A stretch of 64,000 bases of DNA, from positions 38,236 through 102,235 of the forward strand of contig CAVSHY010000014.1 of assembly GCA_963727865.1 (NCBI GenBank). The letters run 5' to 3'. Position numbers and translations under genes: made by a program. Within the stretch, counting starts at the first letter, position 1, and each line of letters begins with the position of its first letter. The DNA comes from an uncultured delta proteobacterium. Its GTDB lineage: Bacteria > Desulfobacterota > GWC2-55-46. Below, one piece after another: positions 11,973 to 21,311 of the stretch. Below the pieces are notes generated by a model that did not search any database, was not told the DNA's origin, and worked only from the letters and a program-made list of their open reading frames with translations.

Positions 11973-12299
11973 TACGTTTGTGTGGCAATTGGCGCACATA
12001 TAAAGCGGGAAGGCCTTGGGGCTGTTGTGGCAGTTCGGCGAACCGCAGAACTGCTGTTCCATATTGCGCTTCATTGATATATCGTTCGCCCCGCGCTTGT
12101 CCTTGAATATCTTCGGGTGGCAGTCGCCGCATCTGTAAAGCTTCTCGTGTTTGTCATGCGGGAATATTACCGGCCCCACGCCGGCCTTGTCCATGCTGGC
12201 TATCTTGTCGTCGAGCTTGATATTTCCGATCGCGCCCATCGCAGCCGCGGGCACGGTCAACAAAAGCGCCAGCGCCGCGATGATCTTCCATCTTGCCAT
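11958..12299 (-). CDS. triheme cytochrome c7 (PpcA-like) family periplasmic cytochrome
   Basis: 113 aa, signal peptide, FPHDKHE then three CxxCH (CGDCH, CGSPNCH-like CxxCH, CANCH) with PpcA-like spacing. Confidence 0.8.
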   Translation of the reverse strand: MARWKIIAALALLLTVPAAAMGAIGNIKLDDKIASMDKAGVGPVIFPHDKHEKLYRCGDCHPKIFKDKRGANDISMKRNMEQQFCGSPNCHNSPKAFPLYMCANCHTNVRAVQ

Positions 12300-12323
12300 G
12301 CCTTCTCCTGTTTAAGGTTAAAG

Positions 12324-12980
12324 CTACTTTGCAGCGTTCTTCGGAGAAACATGGCACCGCTTGCAGTCGGCGAGCGGGAAAGCGATCTTGTTATGACACC
12401 TGCCGCACCACTGGCCGTTTACGATCCCCACCATCGACATATTATTCGCCCCCCTCTGCGGGATGAATATGTTGGGATGGCAAACCTCGCACTTGAGCCA
12501 GAATGTGTGCATCTCGTGCGGGTAGATGACGTCATCGACGAAGTCGCCCTTCGCGAGGATAAGGACATCCATCTTAAGCGGAGGCATCTCGTCGTCGTTC
12601 GGGTCAAGCGAGAACTTCGGGGCGATGCGGTTTTCCCTGACTGATTTCGCCCAGTCTACGAGCCCGAACTTGTCCTTCGGGAGGCTTGACACGGTTATAG
12701 CCTGGGGATGCCACCCGTGCCCTTTGGTATACGCGAAGCTCGGCGGTCTGTTCGGGTCGCCGACTCCGGCGGGATGACCGGCGGTATCGAGATAAATGAC
12801 GCTCGATGGGTCTGTCGGGTCGAGTTTAGGCGCTTCCTTCCTGGGGGCTTCTTCTTTGGCCTTCGGCGCCGCTGCGGCAACGGCGGGGTTCATGTATCCC
12901 CCGACGGCAAACCCGAGAAAGCCCAGGAGTACGGAGAAGAAGGCGGCCTTCAAGAGGCTGCGTTTTGAAGATGCTTTCAT
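12324..12980 (-). CDS. cytochrome c7-like triheme cytochrome with long low-complexity N-terminal extension
   Basis: 218 aa; signal peptide, Ala/Pro/Lys-rich linker, then YPHEMH + CEVCH, CGRCH, CKRCH. Confidence 0.8.
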   Translation of the reverse strand: MKASSKRSLLKAAFFSVLLGFLGFAVGGYMNPAVAAAAPKAKEEAPRKEAPKLDPTDPSSVIYLDTAGHPAGVGDPNRPPSFAYTKGHGWHPQAITVSSLPKDKFGLVDWAKSVRENRIAPKFSLDPNDDEMPPLKMDVLILAKGDFVDDVIYPHEMHTFWLKCEVCHPNIFIPQRGANNMSMVGIVNGQWCGRCHNKIAFPLADCKRCHVSPKNAAK

Positions 12981-13016
12981 TATATCCTCCTTTTTTCTAA
13001 ACTGAAATTCGTCTCT

Positions 13017-13391
13017 TTAATTTTGATTGGTTGGAGCATTAGGTTTGTCACCCTTGTATGAATGACACCTTTCGCAGTAGAGCGGTTCCCACGCGATAAG
13101 GCCGTTATGGCATTTCCCGCAATACTCGCCGTTCATGATCTTGGTCATGTTGATGTCGTTGGCGCCTTTCTTAATAATAAAGATGTCCTCGTGGCATACC
13201 TTGCATTTGAACCTGATCCTGTGGAACCAGTGTGGAAAGACGACAGGGTTCACACCGGCCTTTTGCATACTCTCCGACTTGCTGTTAAGGACAATGTCCG
13301 CGTATTCTGCCTGGCTTGTATTTACTGCTATCAAGCCGGCAAGAATACCCATACAAGTCAGGAGGAGAAACCAGAAGCTCGCTTTCTTCAT
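13017..13391 (-). CDS. triheme cytochrome c7 (PpcA-like) family
   Basis: 124 aa; signal peptide; FPHWFH + CKVCH, CGKCH, CERCH. Confidence 0.8.
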   Translation of the reverse strand: MKKASFWFLLLTCMGILAGLIAVNTSQAEYADIVLNSKSESMQKAGVNPVVFPHWFHRIRFKCKVCHEDIFIIKKGANDINMTKIMNGEYCGKCHNGLIAWEPLYCERCHSYKGDKPNAPTNQN

Positions 13392-13687
13392 CGATTTGCC
13401 TCCTTTATTTTTGTTTCCCGACTATTTAATTGTGCGGTGATATTAGTGCCAATTATAGCTCTTTTTACATGGTGACTGTCAAGCTAAAAATTAACTAACA
13501 ATTATTTTTTATAAATAAAAGTCTTTTTGCCGCCCTTTTAAGCCCGGCACGGTAAAATAAACATATGGTGTAATTTTACTTTTTCCGTGTTTTTCTTAAA
13601 TAAGAACCGGGCGCGAGTTCACTCCTTAATTAACGCCAGAAAAATGGAATTGTCCGGTCTTTAACTTTATAGTATTATATATACTTA
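13392..13687. promoter_or_regulatory. AT-rich divergent intergenic region between cytochrome c7 gene (-) and lptF (+)
   Basis: ~300 bp at roughly 30% GC in a 60% GC genome, flanked by divergently oriented genes; no specific promoter boxes asserted. Confidence 0.4.
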
Positions 13688-14881
13688 ATGACAAGAATTT
13701 TAAACAGATATATTTTAAAAGAAACAGCCATCCCATTCCTTCTGAGCATTTCTGTCCTCTCGGTAACCGCGCTCTTGACAAAAATAATAAAGCTCATAGA
13801 GCTCGTCGTGACCAGGGGGGCGGGTCTCGCTTTCGTAGCCTGGTTTATCCTCTCCGTAATGGCGTCGTTCCTCATCTACATTATCCCTATCTCATTTCTC
13901 ATAGGCGTGCTCGCCGCTTTTACGAGATTGAGCTCGGACAGCGAAATAACGGCGATGAAGGCCTCCGGCCTCTCCCTCTTCCGCATCATGAGGCCGATAC
14001 TTTTTTTCGCCGTCTTCGTTTATATGATGAACCTTGCCTTTACCCTCTATATCTTCCCGTGGGGGAACATGAAGATGAAAACCCTTCTCCTCGATACCGC
14101 CAAGACCCGGCTCGTGGCGGGGATAGAGGAGAAGGTTTTTTACGACCGCTTCAAAGGCGCTGTGCTCTATGTGGACCATATTTCAGAGGACGGCGAACTG
14201 GAGGGGATATACATATCCGAGGAAGGCGGGACTGAACCCGGAAAGGAAGGGCATGGGAGCGGCGCGAACATATTTTTCGCCCGCAAAGGGGTCTTCGTGC
14301 CGTCCAATGAGGGATCCGCCGTTTACCTCAAACTCTATGACGGCACTGTCCACAGAAAGGCCGAGGATAAAGACGCGTCCCCGGGAGGCGAGGGGGCCTA
14401 TTATATCGCCCGGTTTTCAACTTATGTGATTGAGATGAGGCTGCCGGGGGTTGATCCCTCAAGCATTATGGGAAAAAGCGACAGGGAGCTTTACATAAAC
14501 GAGCTTCTGGAGAAGATAAAGGCGTTTAAATCGAGGGGTGAAGACGCGCGCCAGCTCTTGATCGAGCTCCACAAGCGGTTTGCCCTTCCGGCCTCTGTCT
14601 TCGTCTTTTTGTTCCTCGGCGTGCCTCTCGGCATACAGAAGGTCCGGGCCCAGAGGCTTACGGGATTCAGCGTCTCCCTCGCGGTTGTTCTTATTTATTA
14701 TGTGTTTTTAACGGCTTTTGAAACGCTCGGTAAAAACGGGGTATTAAGTCCCCCCCTCTCGGCGTGGGGGCCGGATATCTTTCTCGGCGCCGTGGGCCTT
14801 TACATATTTTATATGACCGCGGAGGACGCGCCCATTAACCCGATACCCAGGCTCAGGGGCCTGTTGCGTTACGGCAAATAA
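13688..14881 (+). CDS. lptF: LPS export ABC permease LptF (YjgP/YjgQ family)
   Basis: 397 aa; MTRILNRYILKE N-terminus, six TM segments with periplasmic insert, directly followed by a paralog. Confidence 0.8.
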   Translation: MTRILNRYILKETAIPFLLSISVLSVTALLTKIIKLIELVVTRGAGLAFVAWFILSVMASFLIYIIPISFLIGVLAAFTRLSSDSEITAMKASGLSLFRIMRPILFFAVFVYMMNLAFTLYIFPWGNMKMKTLLLDTAKTRLVAGIEEKVFYDRFKGAVLYVDHISEDGELEGIYISEEGGTEPGKEGHGSGANIFFARKGVFVPSNEGSAVYLKLYDGTVHRKAEDKDASPGGEGAYYIARFSTYVIEMRLPGVDPSSIMGKSDRELYINELLEKIKAFKSRGEDARQLLIELHKRFALPASVFVFLFLGVPLGIQKVRAQRLTGFSVSLAVVLIYYVFLTAFETLGKNGVLSPPLSAWGPDIFLGAVGLYIFYMTAEDAPINPIPRLRGLLRYGK

Positions 14882-15958
14882 ATGAAGATACTTGAGAGAT
14901 ACATACTTGCGGAGTTCCTGAAATTCCTCGCGATAGCGCTCCTCGCGCTTACGCTCGTCTTTATCATAATCGACGTCTTTGAAAACATGGACGGCCTGCT
15001 CCATAACGGCGTGCCGCCTGGCGCGAGCGTCTCTTTTTTCCTGTATAAGATCCCCTCTATCATCGGCCAGATCTCTCCCGTCGCGGTGCTTCTCGCCTCC
15101 ATCCTCTCCTTGAGCATATTTTCCAGGCACGGGGAGATTACCGCCGTCAAGGCTGGCGGGGTATATCTCCTGCGTGTTTTATCCCCCCTTCTCGCAACGG
15201 GGCTCGTAATCAGCGGACTTGTGATCGTCATGAACGAGTACGTAACTCCCGCCGCGCTGAAAAAGGTCGATTCCTTCAAAAGGGAATGGCTCGGCGCCCA
15301 CGGCGGCACGCCCGGCAGGGAAGGGATGTGGTTCCGGACGGATAACGGGATATTCAACATAAGACAGGCTGACCTTAAAAGCAGGAGGCTTCAGGGCCTC
15401 ACGCTCTATGTCATCGAAAAGCCCTTTAACATAAAAAGCCTCGTGCAGTCGAGGCTTGTCGTATGGCGGGACGGGAAGTGGGTCGCCCCCGAGGCGGCGG
15501 TCTGGAATTTCACCCCCGAGGGCGCGGCGCAAAAGTCGGAGGCGAAGAACCTCGCCGTAGAGGGCCTCGTTGAGCCAGAGGACCTCGCGAGCGCCGAGAA
15601 TATCCAGAAGAACATGGGCATCAAGGAACTCTGGACCTATATACGGACCCTTGAGGCCGACCGTTATGACGCCACGAGGTACAGGATTGAGCTTTACGGA
15701 AAGATCTCATTTCCACTTGTCAATTTTATCATGGTCCTCGTCGGAATCCCCTTCGCGCTCCTGCGCTCCGGCAGGCACAGCGGGGTAGCGGTAGGCATCG
15801 GCCTGAGCGTCATCATAGCCTTTTCCTACTGGGTGGTTTTCGCCATGACGCGGGCTCTGGGGCAGAGCGGCCTCATAATGCCCCTTATCGCGGCGGTCTT
15901 CCCGGATATACTTTTTTTCGCGGTCGGAACGCTCCTTATGGGGCACGTGAGACAGTAA
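14882..15958 (+). CDS. lptG: LPS export ABC permease LptG (YjgP/YjgQ family)
   Basis: 358 aa; MKILERYILAEFLK; start abuts the lptF stop. Confidence 0.8.
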   Translation: MKILERYILAEFLKFLAIALLALTLVFIIIDVFENMDGLLHNGVPPGASVSFFLYKIPSIIGQISPVAVLLASILSLSIFSRHGEITAVKAGGVYLLRVLSPLLATGLVISGLVIVMNEYVTPAALKKVDSFKREWLGAHGGTPGREGMWFRTDNGIFNIRQADLKSRRLQGLTLYVIEKPFNIKSLVQSRLVVWRDGKWVAPEAAVWNFTPEGAAQKSEAKNLAVEGLVEPEDLASAENIQKNMGIKELWTYIRTLEADRYDATRYRIELYGKISFPLVNFIMVLVGIPFALLRSGRHSGVAVGIGLSVIIAFSYWVVFAMTRALGQSGLIMPLIAAVFPDILFFAVGTLLMGHVRQ

Positions 15959-16007
15959 TTTTTTAATGAACTGCCAAAAATGGCGGATTTAACGGCCGCG
16001 ACGCGTT

Positions 16008-16125
16008 GAACGGGTGCTCACCGCAATCCCGCCGCTTTAGAGGCGGGATTGCGGCGAGCTATAAAAATGACAATCACCTTACCGTGAAGAATCCCCGTCA
16101 TTTATGGCGGGGTTCTTCAATCCGG
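16008..16125 (+). repeat. repeat family B copy (two hairpins flanking conserved ATAAAAATGACAATCACCTTACCGTGAAG core)
   Basis: Near-identical copies at 34422-34538 and 45712-45815, an inverted diverged copy at 37860-37990, and a degenerate copy at 16245-16378. Confidence 0.75.
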
Positions 16126-16551
16126 TCTTTTGTAAAATGAAAGAGATAAACCCGCGGCGATAGCCCCCTTGCGGATTGATTTTATAACAGGATTCTGATA
16201 AACTCCGGAATCGCGGTAAGGCTGAATGGGTGTGCCAGCCGCTCACCGCCGAAAGGCGAGCGGTTTTTCCATCCCGTCGCTTTAGCGGCGGGTCAAGGCT
16301 GGCAAATATAAATGATTATCCGTACCATCGAAATTCTCAGCCATTTATGGCGGAGGATTTTAATCTTCCCGGCAGCGTCAATGCTTATGTAATCCACAGT
16401 TCTAATCTTCCTTTAATCAACGCCGCGTTATAATGAAATATAAGGGAAAAATGCCTGTTAGACCGTGCCCGCGCGATTTGCGGGACGCGGGGGCGTCTAA
16501 AAGGAGTTGAAAAATGAGCGGAGGCGGCAGCGAGCGCGTTTTAACGGATGT

Positions 16552-17187
16552 ATGGGACAGACAAGGATATTACACTGGATAAACGCGCTCCTTATCATCA
16601 CGCTCGCGCTCTTGATGATCGGTAAGGCAGGGATGGAGTTGCTGGGGGTTGAGAGGAGCTTAAGGCTCCCGGTTAAAAGGCTGCACGCGTATATCGGCTA
16701 CGTATTCGTATTTACCTTTTCTCTGAGGGTTTTCTGGGGCTTCATGGGGAATACTTACGCGAGATGGACGGATATAATACCCCACCGGAAGGAACATCTG
16801 CGGGCGATATGGCTGAATTTAAGGTGGTACCTCAGCGGGTTTAAGGGAAGCCCGGCCAGGGCCGTTGGCCATGACCCCTCCGCGGCCGTATTCTATGCCG
16901 CTCTCTTCCTCATTCTTTTAAGCCAGTCAATAACAGGCCTCATACTTTCAGGCACGGAATTCAAGATGTACCCCGCGTTCTTTTTCATGAAGGGCATGAG
17001 CGTATCCGCGCGCCAGTCCTTCGGAGCTCCGCTCGGAGATGCCCATGAGTTCGGGTTCTGGTTCATCATCCTTTTCCTCGCCGCGCACCTCACCGGGCTC
17101 GTTGTCCACGAGGTAAAGGAGAAGACAGGGTTGCTCTCGTCTATGATACACGGGAAAAAATATTTTCCCAAGGACGGGGGCCGTTAA
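16552..17187 (+). CDS. cytochrome b561 / Ni-Fe-hydrogenase-type b cytochrome family membrane protein
   Basis: Four TM helices with conserved His (ILHWINAL.., RLHAYIGY.., AAHLTGLVVHE); ATG at 16552 chosen (the track ORF starts at an upstream TTG). Confidence 0.7.
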   Translation: MGQTRILHWINALLIITLALLMIGKAGMELLGVERSLRLPVKRLHAYIGYVFVFTFSLRVFWGFMGNTYARWTDIIPHRKEHLRAIWLNLRWYLSGFKGSPARAVGHDPSAAVFYAALFLILLSQSITGLILSGTEFKMYPAFFFMKGMSVSARQSFGAPLGDAHEFGFWFIILFLAAHLTGLVVHEVKEKTGLLSSMIHGKKYFPKDGGR

Positions 17188-17199
17188 AACGGGGAAAAT

Positions 17200-17871
17200 A
17201 TGCGCATACTTCTCGTAGAAGATGAAAAAGACCTCGCCGCGATAATAAAGCAGGGGTTCGAGGAAAAGGGTTACGTGGTGGATGTGGCCCATGACGGGGA
17301 GGAAGGGCTCTATATGGCCGAGAACTTTCCCATCGACGCCATAGTCCTCGACATAATGCTCCCGGTGCTTGACGGCCTCGCGGTATTGAGCAGGTTGAGG
17401 AAAAAGGGGGTCACGACGCCGGTGATACTCCTTACGGCGAGGGACGCGCTCCTTGATAAGATAAAGGGGCTTGACACCGGGGCTGACGATTATCTCACAA
17501 AGCCTTTCATCTTCGAAGAGCTGCTCGCCAGGATAAGGTCGCTGCTCCGCCGGAAAACCGAGGTAAAGCAGGCCGTCATAAAAATAGGAGACCTTGAGAT
17601 AAATACCGCGAGCCATGAGGTGAAGCGGGCCGGAAAACCGGTAATGCTTTCGGCGCGGGAATACGCGCTCCTTGAGTTCATGGCGTACCGCAAGGACTCG
17701 GTCCTATCGAGGACCGACATAGTCGAGCACATATACCACGAAGAGAACGACATGGATTCAAACGTCGTGGACGTGTACATAAACTACCTCAGGAATAAAA
17801 TCGATAAGGACTCCAAGAAGAAGCTCATACACACTGTCCGCGGGGCGGGGTATATGTTGAAGGAAGAGTAG
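17200..17871 (+). CDS. OmpR-family response regulator
   Basis: 223 aa; REC domain (MRILLVEDE.., D at LDIMLP) plus winged-helix C-terminus. Confidence 0.9.
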   Translation: MRILLVEDEKDLAAIIKQGFEEKGYVVDVAHDGEEGLYMAENFPIDAIVLDIMLPVLDGLAVLSRLRKKGVTTPVILLTARDALLDKIKGLDTGADDYLTKPFIFEELLARIRSLLRRKTEVKQAVIKIGDLEINTASHEVKRAGKPVMLSAREYALLEFMAYRKDSVLSRTDIVEHIYHEENDMDSNVVDVYINYLRNKIDKDSKKKLIHTVRGAGYMLKEE

Positions 17872-17883
17872 CAATCGGAAAAA

Positions 17884-19284
17884 ATGCTCAATTCGCTGAA
17901 ATTAAAACTTGTCGTATGGTTCCTCGCGGTATTCCTGCTTTTTTTCGCGGGCCTTGAGATCTTCCTCTATTACAGGCTTGAAGACCTCGCCCAGGACCTC
18001 GAGGACGAGCACCTGAAATCCGAACTCCATACCTTATCCAACCTCATGACGGTCGAGGACCAGCACGGCCAGATCGCTACCGAGCTTATCGAGCTTTCAA
18101 CGGCCGCCTCCGGCGAATACTCGGAGAAGCTCTCAGGCCACTATTACCAGATAGTGGATTCGCAGGGGAAGATACTGATCCTATCGCAGTCTCTATCCCT
18201 CGGCAACGCCTCAATGCCCGTTGTCGTTGTCAAGGGGACTTCGAAACCGGTCTACATGACCGTAAGGGGGCCGGATAACGTCCCCATACGCATGATAAGC
18301 CAGTCTTTTGATTTTTCGATCGGCAAGCTCACTTTCCAGGCGGGAGATACCCTTAGAGACACCTATGAGCTGCTGCGTTCGTTTTACAGCCTTATTCTTA
18401 TCGTATTTCCGATGGTGTTCGTGCTCTGCGGCATCGGCGTCTTCGCCGTGACCGGATGGTCGCTCCGGTCATTAAAGGCTTTTACCTCCAAGATAGGCCA
18501 GATAACGGGAGAGAACCTGAGCGAAAGGATACCCGAGGAGGGGGTCGCCACGGAATTGAGGCCGCTGGCATCGAGCTTCAATACCATGCTCGGCCGCCTC
18601 GAGGAATCTTTCTCGAAACAGCAGCAGTTCCTCTCTGACGCGTCCCACGAACTCCGCACCCCGACGACCATAATAAAGAGTTTCTGCGACATAACTCTCA
18701 GCAAGGAGAGGGGCGCGGACGAGTACAGGGAGGCCCTGAGCAAGGTCGGACAGAGCGTCAACAGGATGTGCGACATAATAAACAGGATACTCGTCGTATC
18801 GCGCCTTGACAGCAAGACCATTCAGCTAAAGCCCGTAAAGGTCGACCTTATGATGATGATGAAGGAGGTCGGGAAGCTCATCGAGATCTCCGCGGCGAAT
18901 AAAGGGATAGCCATAAACCTCGCGGGCGAAAGCGTAACCATAAAAGGGGACCGCGAAGGGCTTACGGAGGTCTTTACAAACCTCGTTGAGAACGCGGTAA
19001 AGTACAACAGGGAGAACGGACGGATCAATATCACCGTCGGCTCCAACGGGAATGCGGCTGTAGTTACTGTCGAGGATACGGGGATAGGCATACCGCGCGG
19101 CGAGACAGAAAAGATCTGGGACAGGTTTTACAGGGTTGACGCGAGCCGCGGGGTTACCGTCGGCAGCGGTCTCGGCCTCTCTATCGTGAAAACGATAGTT
19201 GAAGCGCACGGCGGAAGGGTCGAGGTCAATAGCGAACCGGGGAAAGGGTCCATATTCAAGGTCTATCTGCCTACAAACGGATAA
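17884..19284 (+). CDS. sensor histidine kinase
   Basis: 466 aa; two TM, HAMP, H-box SHELRTPTT, HATPase_c (G-boxes); pairs with the upstream regulator. Confidence 0.9.
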   Translation: MLNSLKLKLVVWFLAVFLLFFAGLEIFLYYRLEDLAQDLEDEHLKSELHTLSNLMTVEDQHGQIATELIELSTAASGEYSEKLSGHYYQIVDSQGKILILSQSLSLGNASMPVVVVKGTSKPVYMTVRGPDNVPIRMISQSFDFSIGKLTFQAGDTLRDTYELLRSFYSLILIVFPMVFVLCGIGVFAVTGWSLRSLKAFTSKIGQITGENLSERIPEEGVATELRPLASSFNTMLGRLEESFSKQQQFLSDASHELRTPTTIIKSFCDITLSKERGADEYREALSKVGQSVNRMCDIINRILVVSRLDSKTIQLKPVKVDLMMMMKEVGKLIEISAANKGIAINLAGESVTIKGDREGLTEVFTNLVENAVKYNRENGRINITVGSNGNAAVVTVEDTGIGIPRGETEKIWDRFYRVDASRGVTVGSGLGLSIVKTIVEAHGGRVEVNSEPGKGSIFKVYLPTNG

Positions 19285-19381
19285 ATCCTTTAAAAAGCCC
19301 TCTTTAAAATGCTCATCTTAAATACATATCATAACCGCTGATAAAGGGCTCTCGCATACGGCGTCTCCATACAGGCCATGT

Positions 19382-19729
19382 TTAAAAAAACCTGCCCAGA
19401 ATGATGCTGAGGATGCTTATGATTATCGACCCTATTATGGCGCTAAAGAACCCGGAGACATGAAAACCGGCGATGAAATGCCCCACGAACCAGAGTAAAA
19501 ACCCGTTTATAACGAGCGTAAAAAGCCCCAGGGTAATCAGGTTTATGGGAAGGGTGAGGAGAATGAGCACAGGCCTTATGGAGATATTCAGAAGCCCTAA
19601 AAAGAGCGCCGCCTTTACGGCCGGCCACCATCCCGCCGCGCTTATGCCGGGCACAAGGTAAGAAGCGAGAGAGATGCCTGCGGCCAGTATGATAAGGCGA
19701 AGAACGATCCTTGACGCGAGGCCGAGCAC
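19382..19729 (-). CDS. phage-holin-4_2 (DUF360) family membrane protein
   Basis: 115 aa, four TM, composition and length typical of YvlD/holin_4_2 family. Confidence 0.6.
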   Translation of the reverse strand: MLGLASRIVLRLIILAAGISLASYLVPGISAAGWWPAVKAALFLGLLNISIRPVLILLTLPINLITLGLFTLVINGFLLWFVGHFIAGFHVSGFFSAIIGSIIISILSIILGRFF

Positions 19730-20544
19730 TATAACCCCCCGGTTTCGGGTTTAATTCCTTGAGAGTTGTCCGGCGACTTTTTCATAAGCACTTCCAACAT
19801 GGCCCCGTGAATGAGCCCGTTCGAGGCGAGGCACTCCGTGCCGTCGACGCGAAATGCGTCTCCCATGAAATCCGTCAGAACCCCCCCCGCTTCCCTTACG
19901 ATCAGCGAGGCCGCGGCAACGTCCCAGGGGTGGAGCTTCATCTCCCAGAACCCGTCAAACCTTCCGCAGGCGGTGTAGCTCAAGTCAAGCGCGGCGGAGC
20001 CGGCCCTCCTTATGGCCTGCGCCCTCACGGCGAATCTCGCGAAGTGGTCGAGGTTATTGGCCCGCGAAGACCTGAGGTCATACGGGAACCCCGTGGCAAG
20101 CAGGCTTGTGTCGAGGGAGTCAATGGAAGACACATGTATCCTTTTATCGTTCAGGTACGCCCCCTTCCCCTTTTCCGCGATAAAGAGCTCATCGAGCATG
20201 GGGTTATATACGACGCCGAGCTTTACGTCCCCCGAATCCTCAAAACCGATCGCCACGCAGAAAAACGGGAACCCGTGGGCGTAGTTGGTCGTGCCGTCAA
20301 GGGGGTCTATGACCCATCTTTTTCCCGAGCCGGTTATGATCTCGGCGCTCTCCTCGGTAAGGATCCCGTGGTCAGGAAATTCATTTTTGATAATGCCTAA
20401 GATAAGGTCCTCGGACCTTCTGTCCATCTCGGTAACTATGTCTACCGAGCCCTTAAAGTCGATCCTCCCGGCTTTCCCGAGGTTGTCCTTTAACAAAAGG
20501 CCCGCATTCATAGCCGCTTTTACGGCCGTACTCTTAATGTCCAT
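19729..20544 (-). CDS. suhB: inositol monophosphatase family protein
   Basis: 271 aa; EESAE, WVIDPLDGTTNY, and GG..D motifs of the IMPase fold. Confidence 0.85.
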   Translation of the reverse strand: MDIKSTAVKAAMNAGLLLKDNLGKAGRIDFKGSVDIVTEMDRRSEDLILGIIKNEFPDHGILTEESAEIITGSGKRWVIDPLDGTTNYAHGFPFFCVAIGFEDSGDVKLGVVYNPMLDELFIAEKGKGAYLNDKRIHVSSIDSLDTSLLATGFPYDLRSSRANNLDHFARFAVRAQAIRRAGSAALDLSYTACGRFDGFWEMKLHPWDVAAASLIVREAGGVLTDFMGDAFRVDGTECLASNGLIHGAMLEVLMKKSPDNSQGIKPETGGL

Positions 20545-20627
20545 TTGTGGTTTTAAGGGTGGTTAAGGTGGTTCATGGTAGTTTTAAAGGTGGTTCATGA
20601 CCAGATTTATTTTTGGAAGAATGAGGA

Positions 20628-20963
20628 TCAGGTTAACGCCGGAGCGGAACCCTTAAAGGGTTCCGCTCCGGTCTTTTTAATAGAATTTATACCGGCAACC
20701 CGGCCAGGGGGATCATTTCGCCGGGCAGCAACCTGAACAATCGGGCTTGCCGGGCTTGCGGGAGTCTCTTTTTTGGCGTCCTTTTTCGCGTAATCGGTCT
20801 GATACCAGCCGCTGCCCTTCAGCACGAAAGAGGACTGGGAGATGAGTTTTTCCACCTTGCCCCCCGCACAGTGTATGCATTTTTTTACGGGCTTATCCGA
20901 AAACTTCTGGATAAGCTCGAATGTCTTCCCGCAGTCATTACATATATATTCGTAAATCGGCAT
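20628..20963 (-). CDS. FmdB-family zinc-ribbon protein
   Basis: [16 protein letters not shown]...CIHCAG CxxC...CxxC signature; the C-terminal tail runs through a perfect 13-bp-stem hairpin (20637-20676). Confidence 0.65.
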   Translation of the reverse strand: MPIYEYICNDCGKTFELIQKFSDKPVKKCIHCAGGKVEKLISQSSFVLKGSGWYQTDYAKKDAKKETPASPASPIVQVAARRNDPPGRVAGINSIKKTGAEPFKGSAPALT

Positions 20964-21107
20964 TTACACCTACCTCCGCTTAAAAACCGTTTCCACATAT
21001 ATTTTAGGGCTATGGGGCCATAATGTCAATTTATTAATTTTTGCCGGATAGAGGACAGGGGGTAAGGGGTCTCGGTGGGGTCAGCGCGTGTAAACGGGCC
21101 TCGTTGC

Positions 21108-21298
21108 AATTATTAATGTCTGTATTCCTAATGTCCTATTGATTAATTACTTTATTGAATGACAAATAGCGGCTCATTTTAATCCCCCCTTGCCCCCCTT
21201 TAAAAAAGGGGGGATTAAAGTCCCCCTTTGGAAAAGGGGGATTGAGGGGGATTTGATGCGATAGATGCTTGGGACATTAATTTTACAGTCTTCAATTA
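21108..21298. mobile_element. 191-bp MITE-like element, copy 1
   Basis: ~95% identical direct copy at 23116-23306. Imperfect terminal inverted repeats (ATTAATGTC / GGACATTAAT). Internal G/C-tract palindromes CCCCCCTTTAAAAAAGGGGGG and CCCCCTTTGGAAAAGGGGG. Confidence 0.6.
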
Positions 21299-21311
21299 AA
21301 ATCCAGAGGAC

